A DNA stretch of 64,000 nt, taken from NCBI GenBank assembly GCA_951406725.2, contig OX597820.1, forward strand, positions 89,590,001-89,654,000, read 5' to 3'. This document shows, piece by piece, positions 39,561 to 53,351 of this stretch; positions within the stretch are counted from its first letter, which is position 1; each line of letters opens with the position of its first letter. The notes under the pieces are model-generated. The model had not been told where the DNA came from and did no database searches. It was given only the letters and a program-made list of their open reading frames with translations. A program made the position numbers and the translations under genes. The DNA is from Octopus vulgaris. Lineage: Eukaryota.

Positions 39561-41799
39561 CTTTCCTACAGTTTATGATTGTCGTAGTTTTTGTTAGGGA
39601 AAGGATGACGAGATTATAAGCAATGAATTGTCGCTAACCAGTACTTCAATACTTATTATAAGTTGATGTGGAATGAACTCTCAAACTTCTGTTATCGATG
39701 AGGTTTCATTAATGTACCGAACACAGTATGGACCTGTGTTAGCTAATAAAGTAGCCTTTGGTGTTGTTGTTCTTCAAGTTGGACACCTGCCTTATATGGC
39801 AGGGGCCTTTTCTAAGAATTATTTTTTTCTGCCAGTGTTATGTCACAGTATGTTAAAATGCTTCAAGGAGAGTGCAAGGAGAATCAGCCAAATAAGAAGG
39901 CGTGCTATCAAAAGGCTAGAAATAACTCCGAAAATGGTACTCAAAAGGTGAAGTGCTGAATTGGATAGTGTGCACTATGCATTATTAATACTAGCACTAA
40001 TCGCGAAGCACTTCAAAAAATACACCAGCCAGATCAATACTGGTTAAATATAATACATGAGAGAAAGAAGAGAAGGAGTGGGAGAGAGAGAGAAGAAGGG
40101 GAAAAAAAGAAAGAACATTGAAACTAAATCATACTGCTTAGCATAAAAGAAGAATGCTTACTTTGAATTTGATTCATAAAAAGAGAAGTACGAAAAATGC
40201 AGCGTTCGAAATGGCGGATAGAGAAAAGTATACTGATACTCGATGATGACAGCATAAAGAGCGGGACTTATTCCCCAAGTGCAGCAAATAAAATAGATAA
40301 GACATAAAAGTATACGAGTGGAAAGCATTTGCATACAACATGCATATTTTACAGCAATACCCAACCCCAAAATCGAAGCAATGCGGAGGTGTAATATTTA
40401 CGAAAAAAAAATAATAATAAATAAAATGAGCAAAGAACATACTAGCTAATTTAAAAAAAAATGAAGTGTCAAAAACGAAAATATATCAGGTGTAAAAATA
40501 GAATACTCAGAAGAAAGGTTGCGAAATTAAAATACGAGCAACGAAAGCCTAACAAAATGTAAATAACGAAAACAAAATAAACATTAGAGCTATAAACTCT
40601 GAGAACGCAAATTACAATGATAGACATAAAACAAGCGAAACCAACGAAAGAGTCATAAAATACAAGGTCAAATCCTAGCTTTTCTACAAAGTTACTGCAT
40701 AACTATAAAACCTAACAAATGAAAATATGACTAGAAGGGAATCTAGGAAAGATCTAAGAGAAGAGAGTTCTAAAGCTAAACATTTTGAATTCGACAATAA
40801 TACAAATGTATTAGATCTTTTAATGGACCGACAAAGATCCCCTTCCAGATGAAAACCCAATGGTATATAGTACCAACAGCAATAAAAGAAGAAAAAAACA
40901 GCAAAAAACAAAATGCAAATCCAGCTGTATTGTAGTCTAAGTGAAAACAGACTCGAACATCAATTGCAGGATAAAAAAAAAATCATCTATGTGGCAACCA
41001 CTGTCGTCACAAAAGAAGTGGATGCTTTCTCAGTTCTTCGGAAATAGAAACATTATTATGTTCCCAGGAAAGAAGTGGAAAATTTTAAAAAGAAAAAAAC
41101 ACGCAGTGAGAAAGATAGAAACCTAAATGTAAGGTTTATCAAACCTTAATGAAATATGAAAATAAAAATACATAAATAAATAGATATTAGAAAGTATTTC
41201 ATATACTGCAGAGAAACATAACATAACAGAAAGAAAAGAATGCCGAACGCCTAAAAGAATGGCGTTTGTAAACTTGTAAACAATATGTCAATGTGAAAAG
41301 CGAAAATACTTCTGTTGGCGACATATGCAGGTCTATTCCAGCATAAAATGTTTTTATTAAGAGCTTGAAAATTCAAAACAAATGGGTTTAGCAAGGAACA
41401 AGGTAAATGGATCCACACGTACAGGAGCATTTTAACATAAGTACAGCTCCCACATCACTGTGTGAAGAAAGAATATTCCGTGATGTATCCTAGACAATTC
41501 ATATTATGAAAAATCTGAAAGTACCTTAAAATTAAAAAAAACGTTTCAAACTTCTGGTTTAAATATCTAACAAGTACACATAGCATTATTTGCAAAATCG
41601 TCTAATGATCTGAGACAACTTGAAGCAATACTGAGATAGCTCATCGATTGAAAAAAAGCCAAAAAAAAACAAAAAGCACAAGAGCATACTAATTCTCAAG
41701 ACAAAGAAACAACAAATATCAACATCAATAGACCCATCATCGCTGTTTAATTTAGTAAAAAAAAAAACATAGTAAAACTGTTATAACTAAAGGCATTAC

Positions 41800-42062
41800 C
41801 TGGTAATAATAATAAATAAAAATCCTTTCTAATATGGGTACAAGACTTGAAATTTCTGGGTAGAGATAAGTAGATTTCATCGACCCCAGTTCCTAATTGG
41901 TATTTATTTTATTGGCCATGAAAGGATGAGAGGCAAAAATCGATCTCAGCGGAATTTGGACTCAGAACGTGAAGAAGGACGAAATGCCGCAAAGCATTTT
42001 AGCCCGATGCACTAATGATTCGAATCAGCAAGCTCACCGCCTTAATAATGGCAATAATAATA
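41800..42062 (-). mobile_element. SINE family A nested in the R4-like LINE
   Basis: gaaaggatgagaggc...ggaatttggactcagaacg...gctcaccgcc; (TAA)n on both sides. Confidence 0.85.
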
Positions 42063-42448
42063 ACGAAACATTTCCAGAAGGCACAGGAAAATAAATGATG
42101 GATGCAAATCATACTGGTGGTAATTAAAACACATATTATTGAAGAAATCGCACCAGTTGATAACAGGAAGGCTTATAACAGTGTTCCATAATGACGAATA
42201 TTATATATAAATATGACGAATATTATATATAAATATTAGCCGTAACTGAAGAACATCACGAGTAAAGAGCAACCATTTTTTTGCTGATACAGAGAAATAA
42301 AGGAATTATAAAATCGAAATTCAAAGATATGGGACTAAAATATTCCAAAGGATTTAGCTTGCTTCTCTTTCTTACCTGACATCTTTAATCAACGTTCTGC
42401 ATTACTCTAGACTCAAATTGAAGGGCTGGCAAGAGAGCGATCAAACAT

Positions 42449-42820
42449 TACACTGTGTAACACGATTTTTGTCCTTGGGAAGTAACTGTTATTTCCTATT
42501 TGTTTACCTTAAGAAAGTATGAAAATAAAAATGGCTAATATTTCCTTCAAACTTTGCTTTTGTTACATTTATTCAAACTCCAAAGAATCTCTCTCAACAC
42601 ATGCTGCTCATAATCAGAGATGCACATATTATCAGCCACTAACGGACATGTCCAAGTGGTTAAGGTCAAGCAAGTGACAAGCAAATCTATGATATTAAGC
42701 AGACTATTTGCTATAACGATAAGTAAAGTTTGAAGGGATTAGTAGTAATTTTGTTTTGATTTCTGGAGGGAAGCAAATAGGAAATAATACTGCTGACCAA
42801 AGAAAATTGTTACACCTTAT
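42449..42820. mobile_element. MITE or non-autonomous DNA transposon with ~110-bp imperfect terminal inverted repeats
   Basis: tgtaac..ttatttcctatttgttt..ccttcaaactttgctt (left) vs aagtaaagtttgaagg..agcaaataggaaataa..gttaca (right). Confidence 0.7.
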
Positions 42821-45149
42821 TAGCTGAACAAAGTTGAACTCAAATTGTATTGATAGCTGACAAACGACTAAAAATATTCTTGCCGGCCTTACACTTATGC
42901 AGTAGTTGAAAAGATATGAATTTCTTTAATGAAAAATGCATCAAGTCACTTTGGAGAGAGGAAAATATAGGGATAAGAGAATTAGGGCAAATATGAAGTT
43001 ACACACTTTTAAAAGTTAATGAACTAGATATAGTAAAGAATAAACACAGCAAAATTAAAAGGATATCATATTTACATTTGCTTATGAGCCAAACGGACTT
43101 ATATGTTAAAAACAAGGTAATATACACTAAAACATTATATATTTCGGCAACAAATTATAGCTATAATCTTCTAAACTGTAAGCTAATTGACTTAGCGTGG
43201 CTACTCAAGTAAATATGAAAATTAATAATTGCATTTAGAATACTTCACTCACAATGCGACACGAGTACAGGGGAGTAGGAAGGTCTTTTGCTACCAAAAA
43301 CAATTATCGTAAAATCTCTACTGTAAGACTGCAAAATGATGTAGTACAGAACAGAGGAAAATCAATATAAATAACTACAAAATATGGAAATTACAAAATA
43401 ATAAATAGAAAATATACGTTACTAAAGAGCTGTGAGAAGAATATAAAAGCAATAACAAAGTCTATGAAAAAGTTTTAAAAAAAGCTATTGATAATTGACT
43501 TATGAAATGTCATGCTAATATATTGGCAAGAAAAGCCCCTACATAGCCAATAGCCAAGTCAGGCTGAGTAGGTCGAAGCGGATAAAAAAACCGTCTCAAG
43601 ACTTGTTGTTAATTTGAGACTTAACGTTTTTTCGTAGCCAACATCATATCACCAGAAGCTACCAGAAAATTAAAAAGGTGCAGAATATATCGACGTTGAA
43701 AAGAAACAACCAACAATTGTTTCTGGCAGCCCAGTCATACGATGAGGCCACACACACACACGCGCACACACACACACACACACACACGCGCGCGCGCACA
43801 TAGATATACACTCACACATACACACACGTGCATATTTCTTTTAGTTTAGATTATCCAGAAGTCATTTTCAAAATGGAGCGAAATAAAAAAAACATTGTCT
43901 TGTAACTGATGTAAGCGGCAACATCAAAATATATCTGAAAGAAATGGAGAATGTATTCAAATATGAAGGTTCTAATAGAGAAATATCTATAACGTTGGGT
44001 GGAAGATACAAAAAGCTGCCCTAAATAACTGGTGTCTTGGGAAATGTTTAAAATGATGCAAATTACGTGAAGTGTACATAAAAAACATACGATACATGCT
44101 ACATAATTAAGTTCGGGATATTAAGTACAATTAACATTAATTAGGTAAGGATAAAGCAATATTAATTCGATCTGCATTATTTTGATTTGTATAGATAATA
44201 TAGGAAAGACAACTTTGGATATGTTTCTGCTGTGTTGTATCGCCTTTGTAATGAAGAACTTTTCATTTGAGGATGATAATGTATAAGTAATATATCATGA
44301 AAATAAGCATAGCATGGAAAAAGCACTACTAGGTTCTGCACGTATATTATGTAGAGTATTGTTAGTAGATTAAAAAAAAACTACAACAAAAATATACAGA
44401 AATACTGGACGTATTCAATGCACAGAGAAGCGCATGTGTATGCTTTGAGGAAAACTCTTCCTAAATATTATTCAATAGTTTCTTTTATGGGGAATTACCA
44501 TTATTCGATCCAATTTGAGGCTTCTTATGCAATTCTTTATTATTAACGCAACCATAGTGATAATGAACTATCTCCTTGTTTATACAGCTGTAACAGCTTA
44601 AATTGCAATAGTCTGTACACATCAAAAAAGAGGCACAATTTTTTTTATCGTACCTCAAAGCTGGTCATGTTTTCCATGCAGTCATATTTCACCTTTATTT
44701 TATGAATATTAATTAAGTAGTGAGTGTATTGAGTATGCTGGCTCTTGTATTCTCTTTGAATATCATACCATCAGTGTTGCAATATTTTCTTTGCAATTAT
44801 AAGTAACATCTATGATGTTTATTTTTATGCGTTTGTGTTTCTAGTTTAACCTCAAATCAACACTGATTGAAGTAATCTGTATCAAATGTACTCCAGCCAT
44901 TACATTTCTGTAGTTTTTTTCAGCATTGTATCCTCAGACTACATTATCAAATGTATTCTTCTTATGCTTGGAGTAGTGGAATGTGAATTGAGAGAAATTA
45001 GGCTGCTTTTTCCATCTGTTCTAATAACTTGATGCAGACGTCTTCGTTGGTATTTGTGGTATTTCTGATTGGTGAGTTATATTTGGCTATTTTTGATATG
45101 GCGTATCTATGCTATATCATGCTATCTGAAACCTCGTAGTATGACCATA

Positions 45150-47750
45150 TCGTTCACACTAAATAGAGGGTTGAACCAGATTATATCATTTCACATTTTT
45201 TGTTCGCATGTTTGTTCTTGTACGCGTTGATTTTTTAAAAAATCTACTTTATTTTTTCATGATTAAAATTGTAATGGGCAGCACAAATAAATATTATTTT
45301 GAGAGATATCTTTCTGGCTATCGGTCATATTTGCAGAATACTCCTACCCTCCATTCTTGACAAAATATCTTCGGAATTAGTACTCAAAAAAGAAAGTTAT
45401 TAAATTTTCTCCTTGTTTTGTTGCCAACTATACAACGTATACAATTGATAATCAACGTTTGAGCTTCTATTGTTTCATTTCACACATTTCTACGTGGTCG
45501 CTCTTCCTAGTTTCCCATCAAATCACATTATACAATATTGTCTTAAAGCCACTCAGAAGAATGTAAACTGGATCAACAAAACCTGGAAAGTGTAAATGGT
45601 CATATGACTTTGTTCATATGCTCTCTCGATTAGAGCTGACTAGCCGCTCAACAATAAAACTATCTAATCACTTTCAAGAAGAAGGACATTGGTTCTGTAA
45701 ATATCCATTCTATTCTTCTCTAAGATTGTGCACCAGGCATATTCTGCTCTTATAAAAATCCCATAAATTTTCTATCTATTAGAAATCTATAGTTTGATAT
45801 TTGCTAATTACATTCCAAAACTACATTTATGTACAACGGATCCTTCATGCAACTGAAAACGTTAAAAGGTTAGAATTAAATTATACTGATCAGTGGAAAT
45901 AATGAGAATGGGGTTTCTTACGTCGATGAGCACTCGAAAAGGGCACGATTCCATCAATGAAAGTACCTCTAACATGTTTATGGTTTTCTAGAAAATCGCA
46001 AGATACTGTAACTGAAGGAGAGAAGAAATCAACAACTTGCTAACATTGTCTACCAAACTACCCCAAAATATAAGGAACTGAAAGGTTTTATTGTTAACTT
46101 ATAATACCTACACACACTCAAACACTTATGAATTCCAAAGAGAAATCCACCACCTGATTTGAATGATTTATGCTGTTTACATCGCCTACATCTCTATAAG
46201 TAGTTTCTTTTTCAATCCGGTGACATATAAAGTCGATCATAAGATGTTTCATTTATTAACTCTTAATTTTCTTACTCATATATTACTACTCTCGCATACA
46301 TACATACATACATACATACATACATACATACATACATACATACATACATACATACATACATACATACATACCATACATACATACGTAAATACATCTACTC
46401 ACACACACTAATATATATATGTACACACACACACAGATATATAATGTATATGTAAGTATTGTAAGAAAATATTTTTTCAGTTCAAGCCAGAATCGAGACC
46501 TCTGTATTTTATTGGCTCGCCCACATAGCCTGCACGTCGTTCATAAGTGGGCAGTAATTGTTAATAAAGATAAACATCTTTCTTAAAAGGAGGAAACATT
46601 ATTCGACTAAGTAGCGAAAGTGTGAAGTAGTGAAATGATTTTTGCTTGACCGCACATATAATTCAAATGTTTTGTTTCTCTTGAAAGTAAATCTCTCTGA
46701 TTTAGTTTCGTGTCGACTCTAGCATCGCATTGCGTATGTAGGAACATATTTTCTGAAGAGAAAGTACTGCCCTTATTTTGTCATTACAATTGGAGATGAC
46801 ATTTCGAATATATTTTACAAGTCATGTCCCCTTTTTCGCAGTGGAGTCAGCTGTTGTCTGTGTGTATGTTCAAACTGTTTTCTATGTGACATCTGTGCCT
46901 ACAAAGAATATGATTAAAGACTTGAAATTTAAGTTTCTTTCCATAAAGTCATGACACAATGTTCCTTGTCTTCGCTTGAGGATACATCCACGTAAAAATC
47001 TCGAGATTTTTAGATATTTGTATATATATGATAGCAGTTACCACGACCGTCGTGTAGTATTGCCTTTGCAAGAGTTCTCTGTTTTATCTTGAGGTTGCTT
47101 TCTCGACGTTTGTTCAAAGATAGAATACATTTCACAATGGATGTTACACTCTATTTAATTCCAAATCAGAACGAATGAGTGTAATATCTGAATCTATTCT
47201 GAAGGGTATTTTGGGCCAATTCGACTGTTTTATCATACTAATTGTTGATTCCGTATACTACGGAATAGTCTACACTATTTACAGTGTTTATTTTTAACAC
47301 AATTTCCAGAGTTTAGGAATCTATATATCGTGATACATAACTTCAATTCTTCAAACTTTCAGATAGTCTATTTATAAATTTGTTCATGCTAAGCCCCTTG
47401 TTGGAAGCTGCAAATTTGTCAATTCTGTAAAGTCGTATACTAGAAGTCGAGTATCAATTTGTTTTTCGATGTATATAATTCGTATAATTCGACTTCTACT
47501 CTTTCATAGATACCCATAGATACATCGGAAATTTCACTTTCGTTTCGTTGTAACCCAAAAGAATTTCCTGTAAGATAACACCAGCTTCCTTCAGTTCGTT
47601 ATAATATTGATATAAGTGTTTGTTATCAGTGTATGTTTTTCCGGGTTCCATGATTTTCAGGAAAAGAATCCCTGAACTAGATATCTAAATTTGTATCATG
47701 TCGAATTAGGTGATTAGGAAGAAGAAGTAATTGAAATGAAAGCATAATAA
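45150..47750 (-). mobile_element. Probable decayed BEL/Pao LTR-retrotransposon pol
   Basis: Minus remnants in pol order: DFYVD (~46986-47000), LHTFA (~46612-28), EQNMP (~45732-49), GRA.HVE (~45488-45508). No LTRs recognised. Confidence 0.45.
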
Positions 47751-48362
47751 ACGTCAGTGAAAACACGAGAAGAAAAAAGAAAGAAGACTTTACATAAGGC
47801 AACAAAAACTGGTGATAACAAAAAAATTATTCAAAGCGACAATTGCATTACTCTTCAAGAAAATTATGAAGGAAATCAAGAGAACGTAATCGAACTGAGG
47901 TTCACCGTTATCCTAAAATTAATCAAACAATTTGTAGACAAAATTATTTATATGTTGTATCACATACTTTCTGTAGGCGTTAGAATGACTCAAAAGAGAT
48001 TAGTTCAGAAAAGAATCAACATACAAAAGCCATTATTAGGAAAAGTTAAAACTAAGATACAACATCCATGTACAAGTTTGTAACACCAAATGCTTAAAAT
48101 ATGTTTACTGGTGTATTTGGTTGCTCTTGTATACAATTGGAGAGACGGTTAAAGGAACAAAGCAAGAGTGTCGTAACTCATCCTAGCCAATAATTTTTCA
48201 TGGTTTCTCTTTTTTTAACTAACTTGTTTCAGCACTGTTTTCTCGTATTTATTGGTGAATGTTTTATATGGAAAATGCTAATGCATTTCTACTTTGAGAA
48301 ACTGATAAAATGAACTTATTCACATGGGTTCTGCTTTCTCTCCTCTCCCCCACCTCTCTCTC

Positions 48363-48455
<93 letters not shown>

Positions 48456-48719
48456 TGAACTTCTGGAAAGTTTTACAATTTTTTACAGTTCCCATGATAG
48501 CTTGGATCTGTAGTCTTCAAATCAGCTCCCATCTTTCTGTTTTGGTTAAGCTGGATTTCTCAAGATTGGCACTTAGGCAGTGTTGTATGTTTTCATATAT
48601 GTATGTATAGCTATTACCATTTCTACTTTTCTCAATGTTTAATATAGTGCCAATTTGACGATGCACACATGAGCATCTCTTCCTTAAAAGTCTTTATCGG
48701 TGTGTTAAGATCTTTGCAT

Positions 48720-48960
48720 TCCAAACACATGGTTTTGTCCTCAATCCCTCTGTACGACATTTTAGGGAATGCATTGTGTTCTTGAGCAAGACACTTTATT
48801 TCACACTGCTCCAGTCCACTCTGTTGACCAAAGTTTCGTGAGTGGATTTGATTGATGGAAACTGAAAGAAACCCATCATATATGTATCTGTGTCTGCATG
48901 TATGCATGTGTATATGTCTGTGTTCCCTTGATATCCTGTGATAGTTGTAAAATGATTGTC
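48720..48960 (+). mobile_element. SINE related to family B
   Basis: ttgtgttcttgagcaagacactttatttcac; gtgagtggatttgattgatggaaactgaaagaa. Confidence 0.7.
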
Positions 48961-48974
48961 TCTGTCTTACAGGT

Positions 48975-49470
48975 GACACATCTATATACGCACATACCCG
49001 CACATACGCACACATCCACACACGCGCACAAAAATCAATATACAGCTCTATATACGCACAGGAAAAATGCAGCGTGGAAGGTGGAATACCGAAAAAATAA
49101 TATATATATGAATAATATACTTATAAAACAATATCTCTATAAATATGTAAAAAATATATGCATAAAAATATAAATATATATAAACATATATAAGTAAAAA
49201 GTATATAGAGATATAAAGCATTTATCTCGTTATACTTTTTACTTATATTTCTTATATATTTTTATATATATTTATATTTTATATAACATATTTTTTACAT
49301 ATTTATAGAGATATTGTTTTATAGGTTTATTGCTCACATATATATATTTTTTACATATATTTTTTTCGGTATTCTACCTTCCACACTGCATTTTCCCTGT
49401 GCGTATATAGACGTGTATATGGATTTTTTGTGCGCGTGTGTGTGAGTATGTGCGTATATAGATGTGTTTG
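48975..49470. repeat. ~500-bp imperfect palindrome centred near 49219
   Basis: For example tatatacgcacaggaaaaatgcagcgtggaaggtggaataccgaaaaaa vs ttttttcggtattctaccttccacactgcattttccctgtgcgtatata. Confidence 0.9.
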
Positions 49471-50157
49471 TGTGTGTGCATGCATGTGAGTATGTGCGTA
49501 TATAGACGTTTATGTTAACTTTTTTGTGCGCGTGCGTATGTTTGTGCGTATATAGGCCTATGTGGGTATGCGCGTATATAGATGTGAGTCGGTGTGTGCA
49601 TACGGGTATGTGCGTATATAGACGTGTTTTACTTTTATTGTTTATTTTTTATACTTCTTTTCACATTTTTCTGTATTGTTGCCCTTAGCCTTGTTTTTTT
49701 GTGCATGTGCGTTTATAGATGAGTGTATGAACCCTTTTGGTGCGCGTGCATGTGTGAGATTGTATATATATATTTTTTTGGCGAATGGTGTGGGTGAGAA
49801 TGTGTGTGTTTCAAGTGAGGGTGGATGAGTATATAATTTTAGGCGCATGAATGTGGGTGTGCGGTAGCGCATATGTGTAGGTATGGACATGCGGGCTTAC
49901 GCGAATAATATGAGCATTTTTATCCCATTACTATTACTCCCCCCACTTAGCGGTCATTCAAATAGCTGTTTTGTCTTAATAACGGTCAATCATAGAGTAA
50001 TTTCCCTTTGTTTAACGGTCATTTTCATAACATTTTTTCTGATGGCCGGATAACTGAAGAGATGGTGGCGTGGATTTCCACCCCGACATCCGAAATCGGA
50101 GTTTATCATGGCTACCGAATAACTGTCTCATATTACGTTTACAGATATGTATGTATA

Positions 50158-50208
<51 letters not shown>

Positions 50209-50500
50209 ATTAGAGATAAAACCACTATTAGGCAAATCAACCAGTGAAAAACATAAGCCAATACATAAAATTAATTTAAAATATAAAAGTTAAAAATAAA
50301 AAATTATTTAAATAATTTAAACTTATAAATTTTATATATATATATACAAAAAAAAATATATATATATGTGTATTTTATATTTATATATTATTTAATTGAT
50401 TAATTAATTAATTAATTAATTAATTAATTAATTTATTTATTTATTTTTTTTTTATAAATATCAAAAGTATTAAAAGTTTAATAAAAGATAAAGAGTAAAA

Positions 50501-50593
50501 CACTACGATCGTTTCATGGCTGTACCAATTCGAAAAACAATAAATTAAATTCAATTAATAATTCGAGTTATGGTTACAGTCAATCTTCAGGTT
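50501..50593 (-). ncRNA. Type I hammerhead ribozyme in an AT-rich PLE-like element (~50200-52500)
   Basis: Minus: CTGAAGA (50590-84), stem II tgactgtaacca/tggtacagcca, GAAA (50515-12), palindromic acgatcgt stem III, GTA (50506-04). Confidence 0.7.
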
Positions 50594-51809
50594 AATTGAA
50601 ATATTATAAAAATAATCAGAAATATTTAAACAATATTTTAAAGATATAAATAATATAATAATTTTACTTATAATAAACTCTATTATCAAACTAGAAACTT
50701 AAAACTTAACAATTATGATTATATCAAAATCGATTATAATGTTAAATATTAATTTTAATTTATAAAGTAAGAAACCCTCCAATAATCTAATATCGGTAAT
50801 AGTCTATATCTAATTACATAAATATTTTAAAAAATGACTATTATATATAAATTATCAATGAAAATATATAAACGTATATAAAAATTATAATTAAGATCTA
50901 AAATAATCTCTATAAATAAATATATATCCACTTATAATAAAGACCTAATAAATTAATTTTTCATATTTAAAGATGAAATAGCTAATTTCAAAAATACAAA
51001 CAAACAAACTTAAACTAACTTTCGGAAATCTTATTTAAAATACTTATAGAAATAATCAATTCGTAGTTATATAGTATCGAATAAATACTATAAATATAAT
51101 TATCAATGGAAATAACTAGCGAATATCAATTTAAAAAGACAATAACTAAGTTATGCTATTAAGTTAGTCATGGCCTGTACCAATCTTTAGTCAAAACATA
51201 TCTAAGTTTATCAAAGTTTATCTAATTTTAATTATAAGGAATTTAAAACTACAATTAATATTATTAATACATGTATATACAAAAGCCTAACTTTAGACAC
51301 CTCGTATACTTGCTATCAAACAACAAATCTATCGCTAAGTAATATCTTACGAATAAACTTAAATTTAATATCTAATAATATAGAAAATTACGATAATTAG
51401 ATAATTACATAAACAACGATATTTACATAAGGAAAATATTATTACACAAAAGACTTATAAAATATTAAAATTTACAATTTAAAGATCTTAAATATACATA
51501 AATACTTATCTTAGCGAGGTTTTGTAGTGAACTAAAATTTTGAATCGGAAAACGTCTTCGCAGCGTTTATAAGAATACTCGTGGAATTACGTTATTAGCA
51601 AAAAAGAATAAATTGTTGAAGAATTCATTAAGCGTGAGGAATAAATTCGCTTTATTAATGAAGATTGTGAATGGGAACATTAATGGTTTATCAGTGTAAA
51701 TAGAATGAAGTCACAAATAAAGAATATAATCACTCTATACTATAAGATTTATTAATAAAATAACTATGATAAATAATACTTAATACAAAATAAATTAAAT
51801 AATTTAAAT

Positions 51810-52356
51810 GATTGGGATCGCCTTAAAGCCTTGAAACTTGACTCCCTCCAGCGTCGCCGTGAGCGGTACATCATTTGTACGATGTGGAAAATATACCGCC
51901 AACTTTGCCCAAACGACCTAAACATTAGCTTCAAGGTTCATCCAAGACTTGGACCACGGGCTATACGTCCCCTACCCAATTCAAGATCACAACATACATG
52001 TACACTGCAACATAATTTCTTTTCCTCAACAGGCCCTGCCCTATTTAACATTGTCCCGAGGGAGATCAAAGAGGAAAAGGATCCCATCAACTTTAAACAG
52101 AGTCTGGATAGATTCCTTCAAAGAATACCAGATAAGCCACCCATAATTGGATACAACTCACCCAACAAGAACTCACTACTTGAACAAAACTGGATACAAC
52201 TCAACCAACAAGGACTCACTACTTGAACAAAACTTGACTTAAACAAAACTTGACTTAAACAGGATTCGAATAATCCTATCAGGTGGTGCTATTAAGTTAG
52301 ACATGGCCTGGACCAATCTTTGGTCAAAACATATCTAAGTTTATCTTTATCTAAGT
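51810..52356 (+). mobile_element. CR1-group LINE, 5'-truncated 3' end
   Basis: LKLDSLQRRRERYIICTMWKI...GPALFNIVPREIK...FKQSLDRFLQRIPDKP; related to 31146-32220; tail of (ctaagtttat)-like repeats. Confidence 0.85.
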
Positions 52357-52517
52357 ATTAAAAACCACTAATTATTAAATATATTCTAAAAATATTATAT
52401 GATTAACAAATATATAAATTTTTTATATATATATATATAAGTATATATAAATGTATATAGATATATATGTATATATATAAATATCAAATATATATAAATA
52501 TAATATATATATATAAA

Positions 52518-52673
52518 GGAATGGCTGTGTAGTGAGTAGCTTGCTTACCAGCCACATGGTTCGGGGTTCAGTCTCAATGCGTGACAACTTTGGCAAGTGT
52601 CTTCCACTATAGCTTCACGCCGACCAATACGTTGTGAGTGGATTTGGCAGACGGAAACTGAAATAACACCGTC

Positions 52674-52747
<74 letters not shown>

Positions 52748-52978
52748 GTGTGTGTGTGTGTGTATGTGTGTGTATATGTTTGTGTGTCTGTGTTTGTCCC
52801 CACAACATTGCTTGACGATGCTGTTGTATGTACGTCCCCGTAACCTGGCGGTTCGGAAAAAGAGACCAAGAAAATATGTACTAGGTTTAAAATAATAAGT
52901 CCTGGGATCGATTTCCCCGACTAAAGGAGATACTCTAGTATGACCGCAATCAAATGACTGAAACAAGTAAAAGAGTAT
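52518..52978 (+). mobile_element. SINE family B
   Basis: Homologous over its full length to 11226-11650. Confidence 0.9.
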
Positions 52979-53148
52979 GTATAAATATATAAATATATAT
53001 AAATATATAAATATATATATTCATATAAATATATATTTACACATATATATATAAACATAGACATATACATAAATATATATATATATATAAATATACATTT
53101 ATATGTATATATATATATATATAAACATGTATGTGTAAATATGTGCAT

Positions 53149-53190
<42 letters not shown>

Positions 53191-53237
53191 TATAAATATA
53201 TATATATATTTATAAATATATATATATATATTTATAC

Positions 53238-53286
<49 letters not shown>

Positions 53287-53313
53287 AATGTATATGTATA
53301 TGTATATAGATAC

Positions 53314-53349
<36 letters not shown>

Positions 53350-53351
<2 letters not shown>

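Larger units (their letters stand above)
39950..44365 (+). mobile_element. Heavily decayed R4/Dong-like (RLE) LINE with nested insertions
   Basis: Motif remnants in the expected order: RPI..CL (~41727-50), KAYNSVP (~42168-90), IFQ (~42340), IVSGSP (~43716-33), CLVTDV (~43896-43914), ITGVLG (~44025-42), LLGSARILCRVL (~44324-60). 5' boundary uncertain. Confidence 0.7.
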
